Positions 1 to 9,712 are shown, counted from the first letter of the stretch. The stretch: 32,000 bases of DNA from Candidatus Helarchaeota ASGARD archaeon Hel_GB_B (GCA_005191425.1 SUPR01000031.1:3823-35822), one strand, 5' to 3'. Notes: a model not told the origin generated them from the sequence alone. Made by a program: numbers and translations.

Positions 1-2
1 CA

Positions 3-353
3 CCACTATGGAATACAATTGATCGCATGGATAAAAAAGAAAAGGAACTCTATACATCATTAAGACAAGTTTATGGTGGACTATTAATGAATGGTCCCTT
101 CAGTATAGTAATCGCTAGAAATGGAGAAATGATAGGTCTAACAGATAGAGTTCGCTTAAGGCCACTTACTGCAGCTGTAAATAGTGATATGTTATATATT
201 TCATCGGAAGAGGCGCCAATCAGGTTAATAGACCCGAATATTGAATATGCTTGGATACCGAAAGGAGGAGAACCAATTATTGGAAGATTGTCCGAGAAAA
301 AAGTTATTTATAATGAAAAATTAACCTTACAAGATCTAAATAAGGAGGCATAA
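3..353 (+). CDS. Class II glutamine amidotransferase subunit of split glutamate synthase (GltB1-like), 5'-truncated by the window
   Basis: Frame is open from base 3 (PLWNTIDR precedes the ORF-track Met at 27). Motifs NGPFS..., TDRVRLRPL and SSEE resemble archaeal GltB1 GATase proteins. Directly upstream of GltB2/GltB3. Confidence 0.85.
   Translation, partial: PLWNTIDRMDKKEKELYTSLRQVYGGLLMNGPFSIVIARNGEMIGLTDRVRLRPLTAAVNSDMLYISSEEAPIRLIDPNIEYAWIPKGGEPIIGRLSEKKVIYNEKLTLQDLNKEA
343..348 (+). promoter_or_regulatory. Shine-Dalgarno site (AGGAGG) for the GTG start at 359
   Basis: AGGAGG at 343-348, 10 nt before GTG 359-361. Confidence 0.6.
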
Positions 354-358
354 ATTTA

Positions 359-1858
359 GTGAAATCATATTTATTACCTGAATTCAAAATTATTCGGGAT
401 GATGACCGATGTATTCGATGCCAAGTTTGTGTTAGGCAATGTGGATTTGGTGTTCATACCTATGACGAAGAAAATGATATAATTATTTCTGATGAATCAA
501 AATGCGTGGGATGTCAACGTTGTGCAGTTTTCTGTCCTACTAATGCTTTAACAATAATGACTAATCCATATGAATATCGTCCAAATGCAAATTGGAGAAA
601 GGAATTTATTAATGATGTAAAAAAGCAAGCTGAAGGTGGAGGAGTAATACTTACTGGATGTGGAAACGATAAACCATATAAAATTTATTGGGATCATATT
701 GTTCTTAATGCATCACAAGTTACTAACCCGTCCATTGACCCATTAAGAGAACCTATGGAGCTAAGGACTTATTTAGGTAGTAAAACAAACCAATTAGAAA
801 TGGTAGATGGAGAGTTAAAGACGGTCTTAACGTCTCAAGTTATGATTGAAACACCAATAATATTTTCGGCACTATCATATGGTGCAATTAGCTTTAATGC
901 ACAAACGTCCTTGGCAAGAGCAGCAAGTGAATTTGGAACTTTATTTAATAGTGGAGAAGGTGGATTGCCGAAAGAATTAAGAAAATATGGAAAAAACGCA
1001 ATAGTACAATGTGCATCAGGTAGGTTTGGAGTTGATCCAGAATATTTAAACAGTTCAGCAGTTGTAGAAATTAAAATTGGTCAAGGTGCAAAACCCGGGA
1101 TTGGAGGACATTTACCAGGTGAAAAAGTTTCAATTCCAGTTTCCAGAACTCGGATGATCCCAGAAGGTACAGATGCATTATCTCCAGCGCCACAGCATGA
1201 TATTTATTCAATAGAAGATCTTTCTACCTTAATCTATGCGTTAAAGGAAACTACAAATTATGAAAAACCTATCTCTGTAAAAATTGCAGCAGTGCATAAT
1301 TCTGCGGCAATAGCAAGTGGTATGGTACGAGCTGGTGCAGATATTATTGCTCTTGATGGAATTCGAGGTGGTACAGGAGCTGCTCCAAAAATAATTCGAG
1401 ATAATGTAGGTATCCCGATTGAATTGGCATTAGCTGCTGTCGATGAACGGTTGAGAAAAGAGAGAATTAGAAATAAATGTTCAATTATTGTTGCAGGTGG
1501 GTTTAGGAATGCAGGTGATATTATTAAAGCAATAGCATTAGGTGCAGATGCAGTTTATATAGCGACTGCTGCTTTAGTAGCAATGGGATGCACTTTGTGT
1601 CAAAAATGTTATACCGGAATTTGTAATTGGGGTATTTGTACAACAGATCCTTGGCTTTCAAAACGTATTAATCCAGATATTGCGACTAAAAGACTCACAA
1701 ATCTGCTCAGAGGCTGGAGTCTTGAAATTAAAGAGATGCTTGGTGGAATGGGTATAAATGCTATAGAATCACTTAGAGGTAATAGACACCACTTAAGAGG
1801 TGTAGGATTAAATAAATGGGAGCTTGATGTTTTAGGAATTAAAGGGGCTGGTGAATAA
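359..1858 (+). CDS. gltB: Glutamate synthase FMN-binding subunit (GltB2) with N-terminal 2x[4Fe-4S] ferredoxin domain
   Basis: CIRCQVCVRQC and CVGCQRCAVFCP ferredoxin motifs; EIKIGQGAKPGIGGHLPG, SPAPQHDIYSIEDL and DGIRGGTGAAP glutamate synthase signatures; CTLCQKCYTGIC [3Fe-4S] motif. Confidence 0.95.
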   Translation: MKSYLLPEFKIIRDDDRCIRCQVCVRQCGFGVHTYDEENDIIISDESKCVGCQRCAVFCPTNALTIMTNPYEYRPNANWRKEFINDVKKQAEGGGVILTGCGNDKPYKIYWDHIVLNASQVTNPSIDPLREPMELRTYLGSKTNQLEMVDGELKTVLTSQVMIETPIIFSALSYGAISFNAQTSLARAASEFGTLFNSGEGGLPKELRKYGKNAIVQCASGRFGVDPEYLNSSAVVEIKIGQGAKPGIGGHLPGEKVSIPVSRTRMIPEGTDALSPAPQHDIYSIEDLSTLIYALKETTNYEKPISVKIAAVHNSAAIASGMVRAGADIIALDGIRGGTGAAPKIIRDNVGIPIELALAAVDERLRKERIRNKCSIIVAGGFRNAGDIIKAIALGADAVYIATAALVAMGCTLCQKCYTGICNWGICTTDPWLSKRINPDIATKRLTNLLRGWSLEIKEMLGGMGINAIESLRGNRHHLRGVGLNKWELDVLGIKGAGE

Positions 1859-2618
1859 TTTGCAAAATGGAACTTCTATAAAAATTGATGCAAAAGAAAT
1901 TTTCTATAAGGATTTGAATAATTTTATTTTAGATTCTGCCTTAAAAGGAATTAAAAAAATTATTTTAAACAATGTTTTTGGACAACGGTATATCGCAAGT
2001 CGGCTTTATAATATCCCAAAAATCGAAATTGAAGTATTCGGAACTCCAGGCAATGATTTAGGCGCATTTAATGATGGACACCAAATAACAGTTTATGGAA
2101 ATGCTCAAGATGGAGTTGGTAATACAATGAATGAAGGAGAAATAATAATTCATGGACATGCAGGAGACATTCTGGGTATGTCTGCTAGAGGTGGCAAAAT
2201 TTTCGTCAGAGATTATGTGGGATATAGAGCAGCTCTCCATATGAAACATTACAAAGATAAAAAACCAATTATAGTAATTGGGGGAACTGCACAAGATTTT
2301 ATTGGCGAATATATGGCTGGTGGAATAGTAATTTTACTAGGACTTGGACTTAAAAAAGGAGAAAGTCATAAACCAAATTTCGTTGGGACAGGAATGCATG
2401 GGGGGACTATTTATATAAGAGGTGTCGTCAACTCATTTCAATTAGGTAAAGAAGTTGGAATTGTTGAACTAACCGAAGAGGACCATAAAATTATTGAGGA
2501 AAATGTTAAAAAATACGCCAATTATTTTAATAAAGATGTAGATGAAATTTTAAACAATGATTTTATCAAATTGATTCCGATTTCTAAGAGACCTTATGGA
2601 AAACTTTATGTGTATTAG
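1851..2618 (+). CDS. Glutamate synthase GXGXG beta-helix subunit (GltB3)
   Basis: GQRYI, GTPGNDLGAF, GNAQDGVGNTM, GEYMAGG and GTGMHGG glycine-rich repeats. Overlaps the gltB2 stop by 8 nt. Confidence 0.92.
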   Translation: MNNLQNGTSIKIDAKEIFYKDLNNFILDSALKGIKKIILNNVFGQRYIASRLYNIPKIEIEVFGTPGNDLGAFNDGHQITVYGNAQDGVGNTMNEGEIIIHGHAGDILGMSARGGKIFVRDYVGYRAALHMKHYKDKKPIIVIGGTAQDFIGEYMAGGIVILLGLGLKKGESHKPNFVGTGMHGGTIYIRGVVNSFQLGKEVGIVELTEEDHKIIEENVKKYANYFNKDVDEILNNDFIKLIPISKRPYGKLYVY

Positions 2619-2683
2619 ATAGTGATTTTAATACTCAAATTTCTACATAATTTTTTAAAATTAAAATAAAAAAAATTAATGAT

Positions 2684-4681
2684 TTAAACTCTTAACCCTG
2701 CCTTATAACCATCGTTAATTGCATCTAATGCTTTTCTAGGTTTTTTAGCATCACCAATTATACGAATTTGAAAACCACTTTCTTTTAGTTTATCTGCAAA
2801 TTCGCGATCTTTTTTAACACCTGTAGCAATTATAACATTATCGGCTTTGATTTCTTGTATTTTATCACCTGTTTTTACGATTACATTGTCAACGGTAATT
2901 TCTAATACTTCTGAACTTGTTAATTGTCTGATCTCTTTATACCGTAAATCTTTCATCATGGTCCATCTTGTAGACCTACCAATATTACCACCTAATTTTG
3001 GTAATATGTCTATAATAGTCACATTCTTTAGTCCTTTACGATAATAGTGTAATGCTTCGTCAATTGATAGAACTTTATGCTGAATCATAAACATTGCAAT
3101 TTCTGATGAAATAGAACCCATTTCCGAAACATAAAGAGCAGTTTCAACGCCCGTTGCTCCCCCGCCAATAATTACAATATCATCTTTTAGGAGAACATTT
3201 CCAAGCAAAACATCCTTAGCTTTCACAACATGAGGGAGGTCAATTCCTTTTATGGGGGGTATTATATCTTTACCTCCAGCAGCATAAACTATTTCATCTG
3301 GGTTTATTTTCTTAACAATATCTAGAGTACATTCTGTATTTAATATTACATTAACCCTTAGTTTGTCTAATTGGTTTTTTAACCAATCAATAGCCCTCAT
3401 AAATTCTTGTCGACCTGGAGGAATTGCAGCTAAATAAAATGCACCACCCAAATAACTATCTTTTTCGTATAATATAACATCATGGCCTCGCATTTTTGCG
3501 ACCATGGCGGCTTCCATGCCACCAACACCACCACCAATGACTAAAATTTTCTTTTTCTCTTTTGCAGGAGTAATTGCATATTGATCTTCTCGGCCTGCAG
3601 CAGGGTTTTGAAGACATGTAATTGGTTGCGCTTCAAAAACCATATCAAAACAGCCTTGTGCACAACCTATACACCACCTAATATCATCATACCTACATTC
3701 TTTAACTTTTTGAACAATATATGGATCACAAATAAGTGGTCGGCCCCAACCAATTAAGTCGCAATAGTTATTTTTAAGTAATTTTTCTGCTGTTTGTAAA
3801 TCATGAATTCTATGGCATTCTACTACTGGTATATTTACTGTTTTTCTAATTTCATAAGTCATAAATGAAAATGCACCATGTGGAACATTAGAAGTAAGTT
3901 GAGGAGTTTTTGAGGTATGCCAAGCACCAGCAATGTCTAAAACATCAACACCAGCTTTTTCTAATAATGGAGCAACTTTTTTCCAATCTTTAAAAGATAA
4001 ACTTCCCGGGACAAGGTCATCATGGGGCATACGCCAAATTAATGGGAAATCACCTACATGATCTCTAATACTTTTTATAACTTCATATAAAAATGTCATT
4101 CTTTCTTCGAGTGTTTCTCCACCATATCGATCCTTCCTTTTATTTATTAAGGGCGATAAAAATTGGCAAGGTAAATACCCAGTATTTCCGCAAACTTGAA
4201 CCGCATCAAATCCAGCTTCTTTTAACCTAGCCGAAGCAAGGCCATAGTCTTCAACTATTTGTTCGATCTCTTTTATTGTTAATTCACGTGCAACTTTTCT
4301 AGCAAACGGGGCATCACATTCTGAAGGAGCTACTAACTCCCCAATTACGCCAAAACGCCCAGCATGATATAATTGCGCTGCACATTTAGTCCCATATTGA
4401 TGAATTGTATCAGCAAACTCTCTCAAACCTGGAATAAATTCATCAGAGCCTAAGTTTGGCATTGTAGGTGCTCCCCCTGAAAATTCCGAGAAGTTGCACC
4501 CACCTATTACAATCATTCCAACTCCACCTTTTGCTCTTTCTTCGTAAAATCTTATAAATTTCTTCGTTATCGCTCCTTTTGAATCTGCATAAGATAAATG
4601 CATTGATGGCATGTAAATTCTGTTTGAAAGAATAAGATTATCTTTAATTTTTAATGGTTCCAATAACATCAATTTTATCAT
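2684..4681 (-). CDS. NADH:flavin oxidoreductase, 2,4-dienoyl-CoA reductase (FadH)-like (OYE barrel + 4Fe-4S + FAD/NAD domains)
   Basis: ERAKGGVG, AQLYHAGR, GYLPCQFLSPLINKRKDRYGG, CIGCAQGC...C cluster motif, VIGGGVGGMEAA and IIGGGATGVETA dinucleotide-binding motifs. 665 aa. Confidence 0.88.
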   Translation of the reverse strand: MIKLMLLEPLKIKDNLILSNRIYMPSMHLSYADSKGAITKKFIRFYEERAKGGVGMIVIGGCNFSEFSGGAPTMPNLGSDEFIPGLREFADTIHQYGTKCAAQLYHAGRFGVIGELVAPSECDAPFARKVARELTIKEIEQIVEDYGLASARLKEAGFDAVQVCGNTGYLPCQFLSPLINKRKDRYGGETLEERMTFLYEVIKSIRDHVGDFPLIWRMPHDDLVPGSLSFKDWKKVAPLLEKAGVDVLDIAGAWHTSKTPQLTSNVPHGAFSFMTYEIRKTVNIPVVECHRIHDLQTAEKLLKNNYCDLIGWGRPLICDPYIVQKVKECRYDDIRWCIGCAQGCFDMVFEAQPITCLQNPAAGREDQYAITPAKEKKKILVIGGGVGGMEAAMVAKMRGHDVILYEKDSYLGGAFYLAAIPPGRQEFMRAIDWLKNQLDKLRVNVILNTECTLDIVKKINPDEIVYAAGGKDIIPPIKGIDLPHVVKAKDVLLGNVLLKDDIVIIGGGATGVETALYVSEMGSISSEIAMFMIQHKVLSIDEALHYYRKGLKNVTIIDILPKLGGNIGRSTRWTMMKDLRYKEIRQLTSSEVLEITVDNVIVKTGDKIQEIKADNVIIATGVKKDREFADKLKESGFQIRIIGDAKKPRKALDAINDGYKAGLRV

Positions 4682-5197
4682 CTTTTAATTTAAATTCTAG
4701 AAAATAATAATTGAAAGTATATTGAATAACCTAAAAATTTTTTCATTAATATATTAACTTGAATTTTGAATTTCCGTAATAATTTTTCTTAATGATAACC
4801 GAATTACGACTTTTAAATGCTACTGATAATTATACTTACCACTTCTAACCTCTATTTAAGAAGCAAATTCGATATCTATTATAATTAATTAAATTACAAA
4901 TATCTTAGTAATAAGGACGATAAGAATTCTATTATTACATTCATTTACGTATTACTCGATTTTGATATAATGGTGATCAATACCGCAGAAGAAAGTCGGT
5001 TCCGAGGAGAGTTTAGTCGTGAAGAGAGATTTCTAGGTAAAATAGAGGTAATATAGAGTAATATCAATAATATTTAAAGGTGAGAATCCATAATTATAAT
5101 CGTGAACTCACAGTTTTTAGCCATTAAATGGTGATACAAACACGACAGGGTGTCTATTGAGTGCACACCAATTCATTTGGTACCAATAGAATTGTAA

Positions 5198-5569
5198 TTA
5201 TTTGACAGGTTATTCATTTTTAACTATATTTTATTAAAAATTATAGATGATGTTTATAATAAGACGGGAACTTTTTGGGAGTTTTATAATTCTGGAGCAG
5301 GTTAAGTTAATGATGTATATGGGAAAAGTTGGTGGACACCAGCATCAGATTGTATAGGTTGGGATGGCTTAAGTTCCAATTTAATAATTGAAAAATTGAT
5401 TGGTATTGCTTATAACAATTCAGGAATTTTATTTAACCCATTAATCCCTGCAGAATGGAATTCATTGAAGATTGTTTTATCTTTAAATCTAATTGATTTA
5501 AATTTAACTCTTAAAAATAACCGAATTAAAGGAGACCTTTTTTTAAAAATCAATATTTCAACAATTTAA
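5198..5569 (+). pseudogene. Degraded C-terminal fragment of an (alpha/alpha)6 glycoside hydrolase (GH63/MGH1/trehalase-like)
   Basis: One frame reads ...DDVYNKTGTFWEFYNSGAG*VNDVYGKSWWTPASDCIGWDGLSSNLIIEKLIGIAYNNSGILFNPLIPAEWNSL...ISTI*. Internal TAA at 5303-5305, terminal TAA 5567-5569, no start or intact N-terminus. Family call is from motif recall. Confidence 0.6.
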
Positions 5570-5699
5570 CAATTGTAGATTTAGCTCATTTAAACCAGGA
5601 CACATATTCAATAAGATCAATTCAGTTTAATTTTACGAATTTTGGACATTACTTGTTCTTAATAAAATAAAAAAAAGTAAAATATAGATTATAAAAAAA

Positions 5700-6581
5700 T
5701 TAACATATAGTACATTTTTTAAAGTACATAATATACTTGTTTGTACCTAGAATAGCAACAGTAGGGTCAGCAACAATACCTGTAAAACCCGAAATTAGAT
5801 TTTGAGCTATGAAAGTTAGTCCGCTGCTGTTATATTCTGCAACTGATATATTTTTACCATTATGAAGATAAGTATAATATTTCCCGCTAATAACAACAGT
5901 AGATGCAAGCCACCCTTGTGAAAATGAGAAGGAAGTATCTTCTGTAAAATTACCCGTTGCAGAATTACTTGTTGCTTTAATTAATTGGTTCCCAGTATTT
6001 ACAAAAAGCACCCATCCACCTGTTGAGTTTTGAAATAAATCTGGATCAGTAATCCTATCTTTAGTGAATATAACGGCTTCTTCATTAAAATTAATACCAT
6101 TATCAGATACGGCTGTAACAATTTTATGATTAATTCCGGATGGATTGAGATTACCTAAATATGTTAAACGTATTTTACTACCATCTACAATAGGTGCTGG
6201 ATCAACCGGCATTGGACTATTTGTCCCGTTAATTGAAACGGCATATATACTATAAGTTGACCCATTATTATGACTTATAGCTACTTTTAATGAGCCACAG
6301 ATCCCATCTACAAAATATACATAAATACTTCCATTAAAATAAACAGCTCCCGGCACAGAAGCATGATTAAAAAGAAGTGTATAATTTACAGTCCAATTTA
6401 TTCCATCAGTAGAAGTTGCACAGTAAATCTGGTGATAATATGGGCCTCCTTCTGGCATTTTAGTGTTCTTTTGCAGATTAAAAATAACTATAGGAATAAT
6501 TATTGCACCAACAATGATTATAACCAATAGAAGGGAAAATAGTACTATATTCTTTTTTGAAACCAATTTTATCATTCTCAT
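5700..6581 (-). CDS. Membrane-anchored or secreted five-bladed beta-propeller protein (Asp-box/BNR-like repeats, GH43/GH32 clan-like)
   Basis: N-terminal hydrophobic segment (IVLFSLLLVIIIVGAIIIPIVIF); repeats ATSTDGINW, AISHNNGSTY, AVSDNGINF, ATSNSATGNF; DP motifs VDPAP, TDPDL, ADPTV; 9 N-x-S/T sequons. Confidence 0.7.
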   Translation of the reverse strand: MRMIKLVSKKNIVLFSLLLVIIIVGAIIIPIVIFNLQKNTKMPEGGPYYHQIYCATSTDGINWTVNYTLLFNHASVPGAVYFNGSIYVYFVDGICGSLKVAISHNNGSTYSIYAVSINGTNSPMPVDPAPIVDGSKIRLTYLGNLNPSGINHKIVTAVSDNGINFNEEAVIFTKDRITDPDLFQNSTGGWVLFVNTGNQLIKATSNSATGNFTEDTSFSFSQGWLASTVVISGKYYTYLHNGKNISVAEYNSSGLTFIAQNLISGFTGIVADPTVAILGTNKYIMYFKKCTIC

Positions 6582-6845
6582 TTATTTGAATTTTAATAAT
6601 TTTTTAATTTGACAAATTAATTAAAATTATTATTTAAATAATTTTTAATGCTAAATAATAATTTATAAATAATTTTTAAATTTTGATGAAAAATTATTAT
6701 TATTTATGTCTTAAACCCGACTGTATTCATATTTGATTATAATATTTGATTTTAAAATATGTATTTTTTATCTACGTCATTTATTAAATTTCTTGATGTT
6801 TTTAAAATAATTCAAGCGTATTTTAAATTTAATAATGAATAAATA

Positions 6846-7148
6846 TCAGAGATATTCCTTTAACTTTTCAATTGTATTTTTCCCATAATCTGTAATTTCA
6901 TAATAAACATATCTATTTATTTTTTCTTTTTTTATTAAGTTTAATTTGACCAGTTCATTTAGGTATAACCTAATACCAGAGGATGTCCTTTTTACTTTTC
7001 GAGCAATCTGAGCTTGGTAGAGTGGAGCATCATTATCAAGCAGTATCTTGATTATTTTGAATTTTATTTTGTTTGCCTTTAATTTGAACATATTTATGAA
7101 TTCTTCTTCGCTAAATTTTTTCCAGATAGTTTCTTTTTGTTTAGACAT
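6846..7148 (-). CDS. Winged-helix transcriptional regulator (ArsR/MarR-like)
   Basis: 100 aa; KIIKILL...QAQIARKVKRTSSGIRLYLNELVKLNLI...YYEITDYG helix-turn-helix plus wing. Confidence 0.85.
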   Translation of the reverse strand: MSKQKETIWKKFSEEEFINMFKLKANKIKFKIIKILLDNDAPLYQAQIARKVKRTSSGIRLYLNELVKLNLIKKEKINRYVYYEITDYGKNTIEKLKEYL

Positions 7149-7317
7149 TTATCTCAATTCTTGAATGTTAATAAGAATAATAAATTTCAGTTTATTTTCA
7201 AATTAATATTTAAATAATCAAATGATATGAATTAAAACCAATTAAATTTTATTAATAGAGTTAGAGTCAATTATTATTCTTTTAGAGATTATTTTTTGAG
7301 GATATAAGTGTAAGGTT

Positions 7318-7830
7318 TCATATTTTATTTTTTTCTAATAAAGAGAATGCGAGATTAACTGCGTCTATACCATTTTTTGCAGAAAATACTCGGTAATTTT
7401 TATTATTTACATATTTATTGTAGAATTCTTCAGACACACCACCAGATTTGGGTATTGTTATCAATGTTTTATTTAGTTTCAAGGAATAATTTGCCTCTAT
7501 TCTGGTACCTAAAACTCCAGCAATACAAATCAAAATATCAGATGATTGGACTACCAGAAAATTTCTATTTTCGCCCATATTAGTAGGGATCTTAATTGTG
7601 ACATATTGATTAGCTTCATCTGGGCTTATTGATGGTAAAATACCAACGCTTATACCATTAAAGTCATGACAACCTTTACATGCTGATTCCATTACTCCGC
7701 CTTTACCCCCACAAATTAAAATACCCTTCTTTCTTGCTATTTCCGCTCCTACATCATAGGCTATCTTTTTAATATCATTAGATATACCAATGCCACTCCC
7801 GATCACACCAATTTGGAACATTTTAAACAC
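7318..7830 (-). CDS. TIGR00725 / LOG (SLOG) family Rossmann-fold nucleotide-binding protein
   Basis: IGVIGSG, ICGGKGGVMESACKG, VGILP, TNMGENRNFLVVQSSD, GVLGTRIE. Confidence 0.85.
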   Translation of the reverse strand: MFKMFQIGVIGSGIGISNDIKKIAYDVGAEIARKKGILICGGKGGVMESACKGCHDFNGISVGILPSISPDEANQYVTIKIPTNMGENRNFLVVQSSDILICIAGVLGTRIEANYSLKLNKTLITIPKSGGVSEEFYNKYVNNKNYRVFSAKNGIDAVNLAFSLLEKNKI

Positions 7831-7831
7831 A

Positions 7832-8632
7832 TTATAAAGTGATTTCCATTTCTTTATTTAATTCTAGTACTTGTAATTTAGTGTCAGGATGTTTTTCTTT
7901 TAATATTTTTTCAATTTTATCGATTTGATACATGTAATAATCGCTTAAAGGGGGAAACGAATCATCAAAATGTGTGGGAATAACCAATTTAGGACTGAAA
8001 ATTTCAATATATTTTATGGCATTTTTCCATGCATCTCTCCTTCCAGCAACAGGAATAATTAAGACATCCGTTGAATAATCTTCTTCTTTAAATAAATCTT
8101 TACTAAATCCTAATGACCCAAAAATAGTGACTTTTTTATTATCTTCTTTAAGTAAATTGAAAATCCACCCTAAAACTTCACCCTTTTTCCAGCTTATCAA
8201 ATCTTTACCTGAAACTAAAAGCTTGTAAGTACTCCATCTAAATATTTTTCGTATAATGGTCCCAAAATCAAAAGTAATATGTTTACCTTTAATAGCTTTT
8301 ACTGTAAAATCGTCCATCTCAAATGAATCGCCACTATTAACTTTGACCACTAAATTTTCGTCTAATCCTTTATTTTCAATTGCAACTTCTGCTGCAGGTG
8401 TAGAAACGTAAACCTTTATTCCCAGTTTTTTTACAAGATAAGGTGTATCTGCAAAATGATCAAAATGACCATGAGTAATAAAAATATAATCTGCTTTTTG
8501 GATCATATCTTTATTTATCTCAGGTTTAATAGGATATGCATTTTTAAACCTAGAAAGCCATGGATCCATTAAAATAATACTTGACCCGGTCTTAATTTCT
8601 AAAGCAGCGGTCCCAAGCCATCTTATTTTCAT
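7832..8632 (-). CDS. Metallo-beta-lactamase-fold hydrolase (UPF0173/UlaG-like)
   Basis: IRWLGTAALEI, DPW, THGHFDH metal-binding motif, VIPTHFD. Ends 1 nt before the TIGR00725-like gene. Confidence 0.88.
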   Translation of the reverse strand: MKIRWLGTAALEIKTGSSIILMDPWLSRFKNAYPIKPEINKDMIQKADYIFITHGHFDHFADTPYLVKKLGIKVYVSTPAAEVAIENKGLDENLVVKVNSGDSFEMDDFTVKAIKGKHITFDFGTIIRKIFRWSTYKLLVSGKDLISWKKGEVLGWIFNLLKEDNKKVTIFGSLGFSKDLFKEEDYSTDVLIIPVAGRRDAWKNAIKYIEIFSPKLVIPTHFDDSFPPLSDYYMYQIDKIEKILKEKHPDTKLQVLELNKEMEITL

Positions 8633-8675
8633 TTTTCATCACAATTTTAAATTTTTTTTATCATTATTTCTACCT

Positions 8676-8696
8676 TAATAATAATAATAATAATAA
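8676..8696. repeat. (TAA)7 trinucleotide microsatellite in a divergent intergenic region
   Basis: taataataataataataataa read directly at 8676-8696. Confidence 0.85.
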
Positions 8697-8920
8697 CAAT
8701 TTTAAATTTGCTTACATCCTTTAAGATTAAAAAAAAATATGAGTATAATAAAAAGGCCCAAGATTTCTGATTTATTATTAGTATTAGGTTAAATACCAAG
8801 AATAGTTATTTAGATTTCTCTAAAATATTGCCAAAATTTTCAATATATTTGGTAAAAAACTTGAATTTTATTTCCAAAAATAAATTTAGTAATAGAGAGT
8901 TTTTAATTTATTGATAAGGA

Positions 8921-9700
8921 ATGGAAACGACAACAATATCAAATAAGGATTCTGAAGTGGAAAAAAGAGTTCCAACTCTAATTAATGGTTTTGATAAATT
9001 AATTGAAGGAGGATTTGTAAAAAATAGTTTAAATTTGATTAGTGGGCCAGCAGGATCTGGGAAAACAATTTTTTGCTTGCAATACGTATATAATGGGGTA
9101 AAATATCTAAAAGAGCCCGGCGTTTTTATTACATTAGAAGAAAGCGTCGAAAGTATAAGAAGTTCAATGAAGAGATTTGGAATTGATTTAAGAAAATACG
9201 AGCGTCCTGACAAGTTTAGTCTTGCAGATTTGGGTGCAATAAGAAAAGAACTGTCAATTGAAGAAGAAGTTCAATCAGGTGGACTTTTAGATTTGGACTC
9301 GTTAATTGAATATATAAAAGGGGTAATAAGTCTGACAGATGCAAAAAGGCTTGTATTGGATTCATTGACGGCTATTGGAATTAAATACCATGAAACAAGT
9401 ACAATTCGACAGGCTTTATTTAGGTTGGGCAGATTTTTAAGAGATTTGGGAAGTACTGTTCTAGTGACGACAGAGTCGATCCCATACCAAAATAAATACA
9501 CCAGATTTGGTATTGAACAATTTATTGCAGACTCTTTTATTCTTTTAAATTTAACAGAAATAAATGGAATATTAAAAAGAACAATATTAGTAAGAAAAAT
9601 GAGGCATACTAATCATGATTTGCACGTTCACCCCTACAAAATAACTTCAAATGGAATAGAAATATTAAAAGGAAGAGATTTTTACAATATTAAATTTTAA
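8921..9700 (+). CDS. Single-domain KaiC/RAD55-like RecA-superfamily ATPase
   Basis: RVPTLINGFDKLIEGG, Walker A GPAGSGKT, ITLEES, Walker B LVLDS, VTTE, FIADSFILL, RKMRHTNHD..HPYKIT..GIEI. Confidence 0.9.
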   Translation: METTTISNKDSEVEKRVPTLINGFDKLIEGGFVKNSLNLISGPAGSGKTIFCLQYVYNGVKYLKEPGVFITLEESVESIRSSMKRFGIDLRKYERPDKFSLADLGAIRKELSIEEEVQSGGLLDLDSLIEYIKGVISLTDAKRLVLDSLTAIGIKYHETSTIRQALFRLGRFLRDLGSTVLVTTESIPYQNKYTRFGIEQFIADSFILLNLTEINGILKRTILVRKMRHTNHDLHVHPYKITSNGIEILKGRDFYNIKF

Positions 9701-9712
9701 AAAGGTGTTAAA

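Noticed and set aside
4682-5197. tRNA, rRNA or other known structured RNA in the largest gap
   Set aside because: No cloverleaf, T-loop consensus or rRNA-like sequence was recognised; only the weak signals listed under findings.
8676-8696. (TAA)7 as a contingency-locus promoter switch
   Set aside because: Short AT-only microsatellites are expected at this base composition; no length variation can be seen from one sequence.
8908-9501. Minus-strand ORFs 8908-9213 and 9271-9501
   Set aside because: Antisense to the KaiC-like gene, which carries the motifs. The same applies to the other short nested ORFs in the track (e.g. 2058-2294, 2847-3044, 7377-7583, 11915-12112, 13155-13370, 16201-16431, 16736-16939, 18732-19779, 21703-21891, 23264-25428, 25815-26141, 27506-27730, 28885-29127, 31120-31799).
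8921-9700. Circadian KaiABC clock
   Set aside because: Single-domain protein, with no KaiA/KaiB and no duplicated CI-CII architecture.
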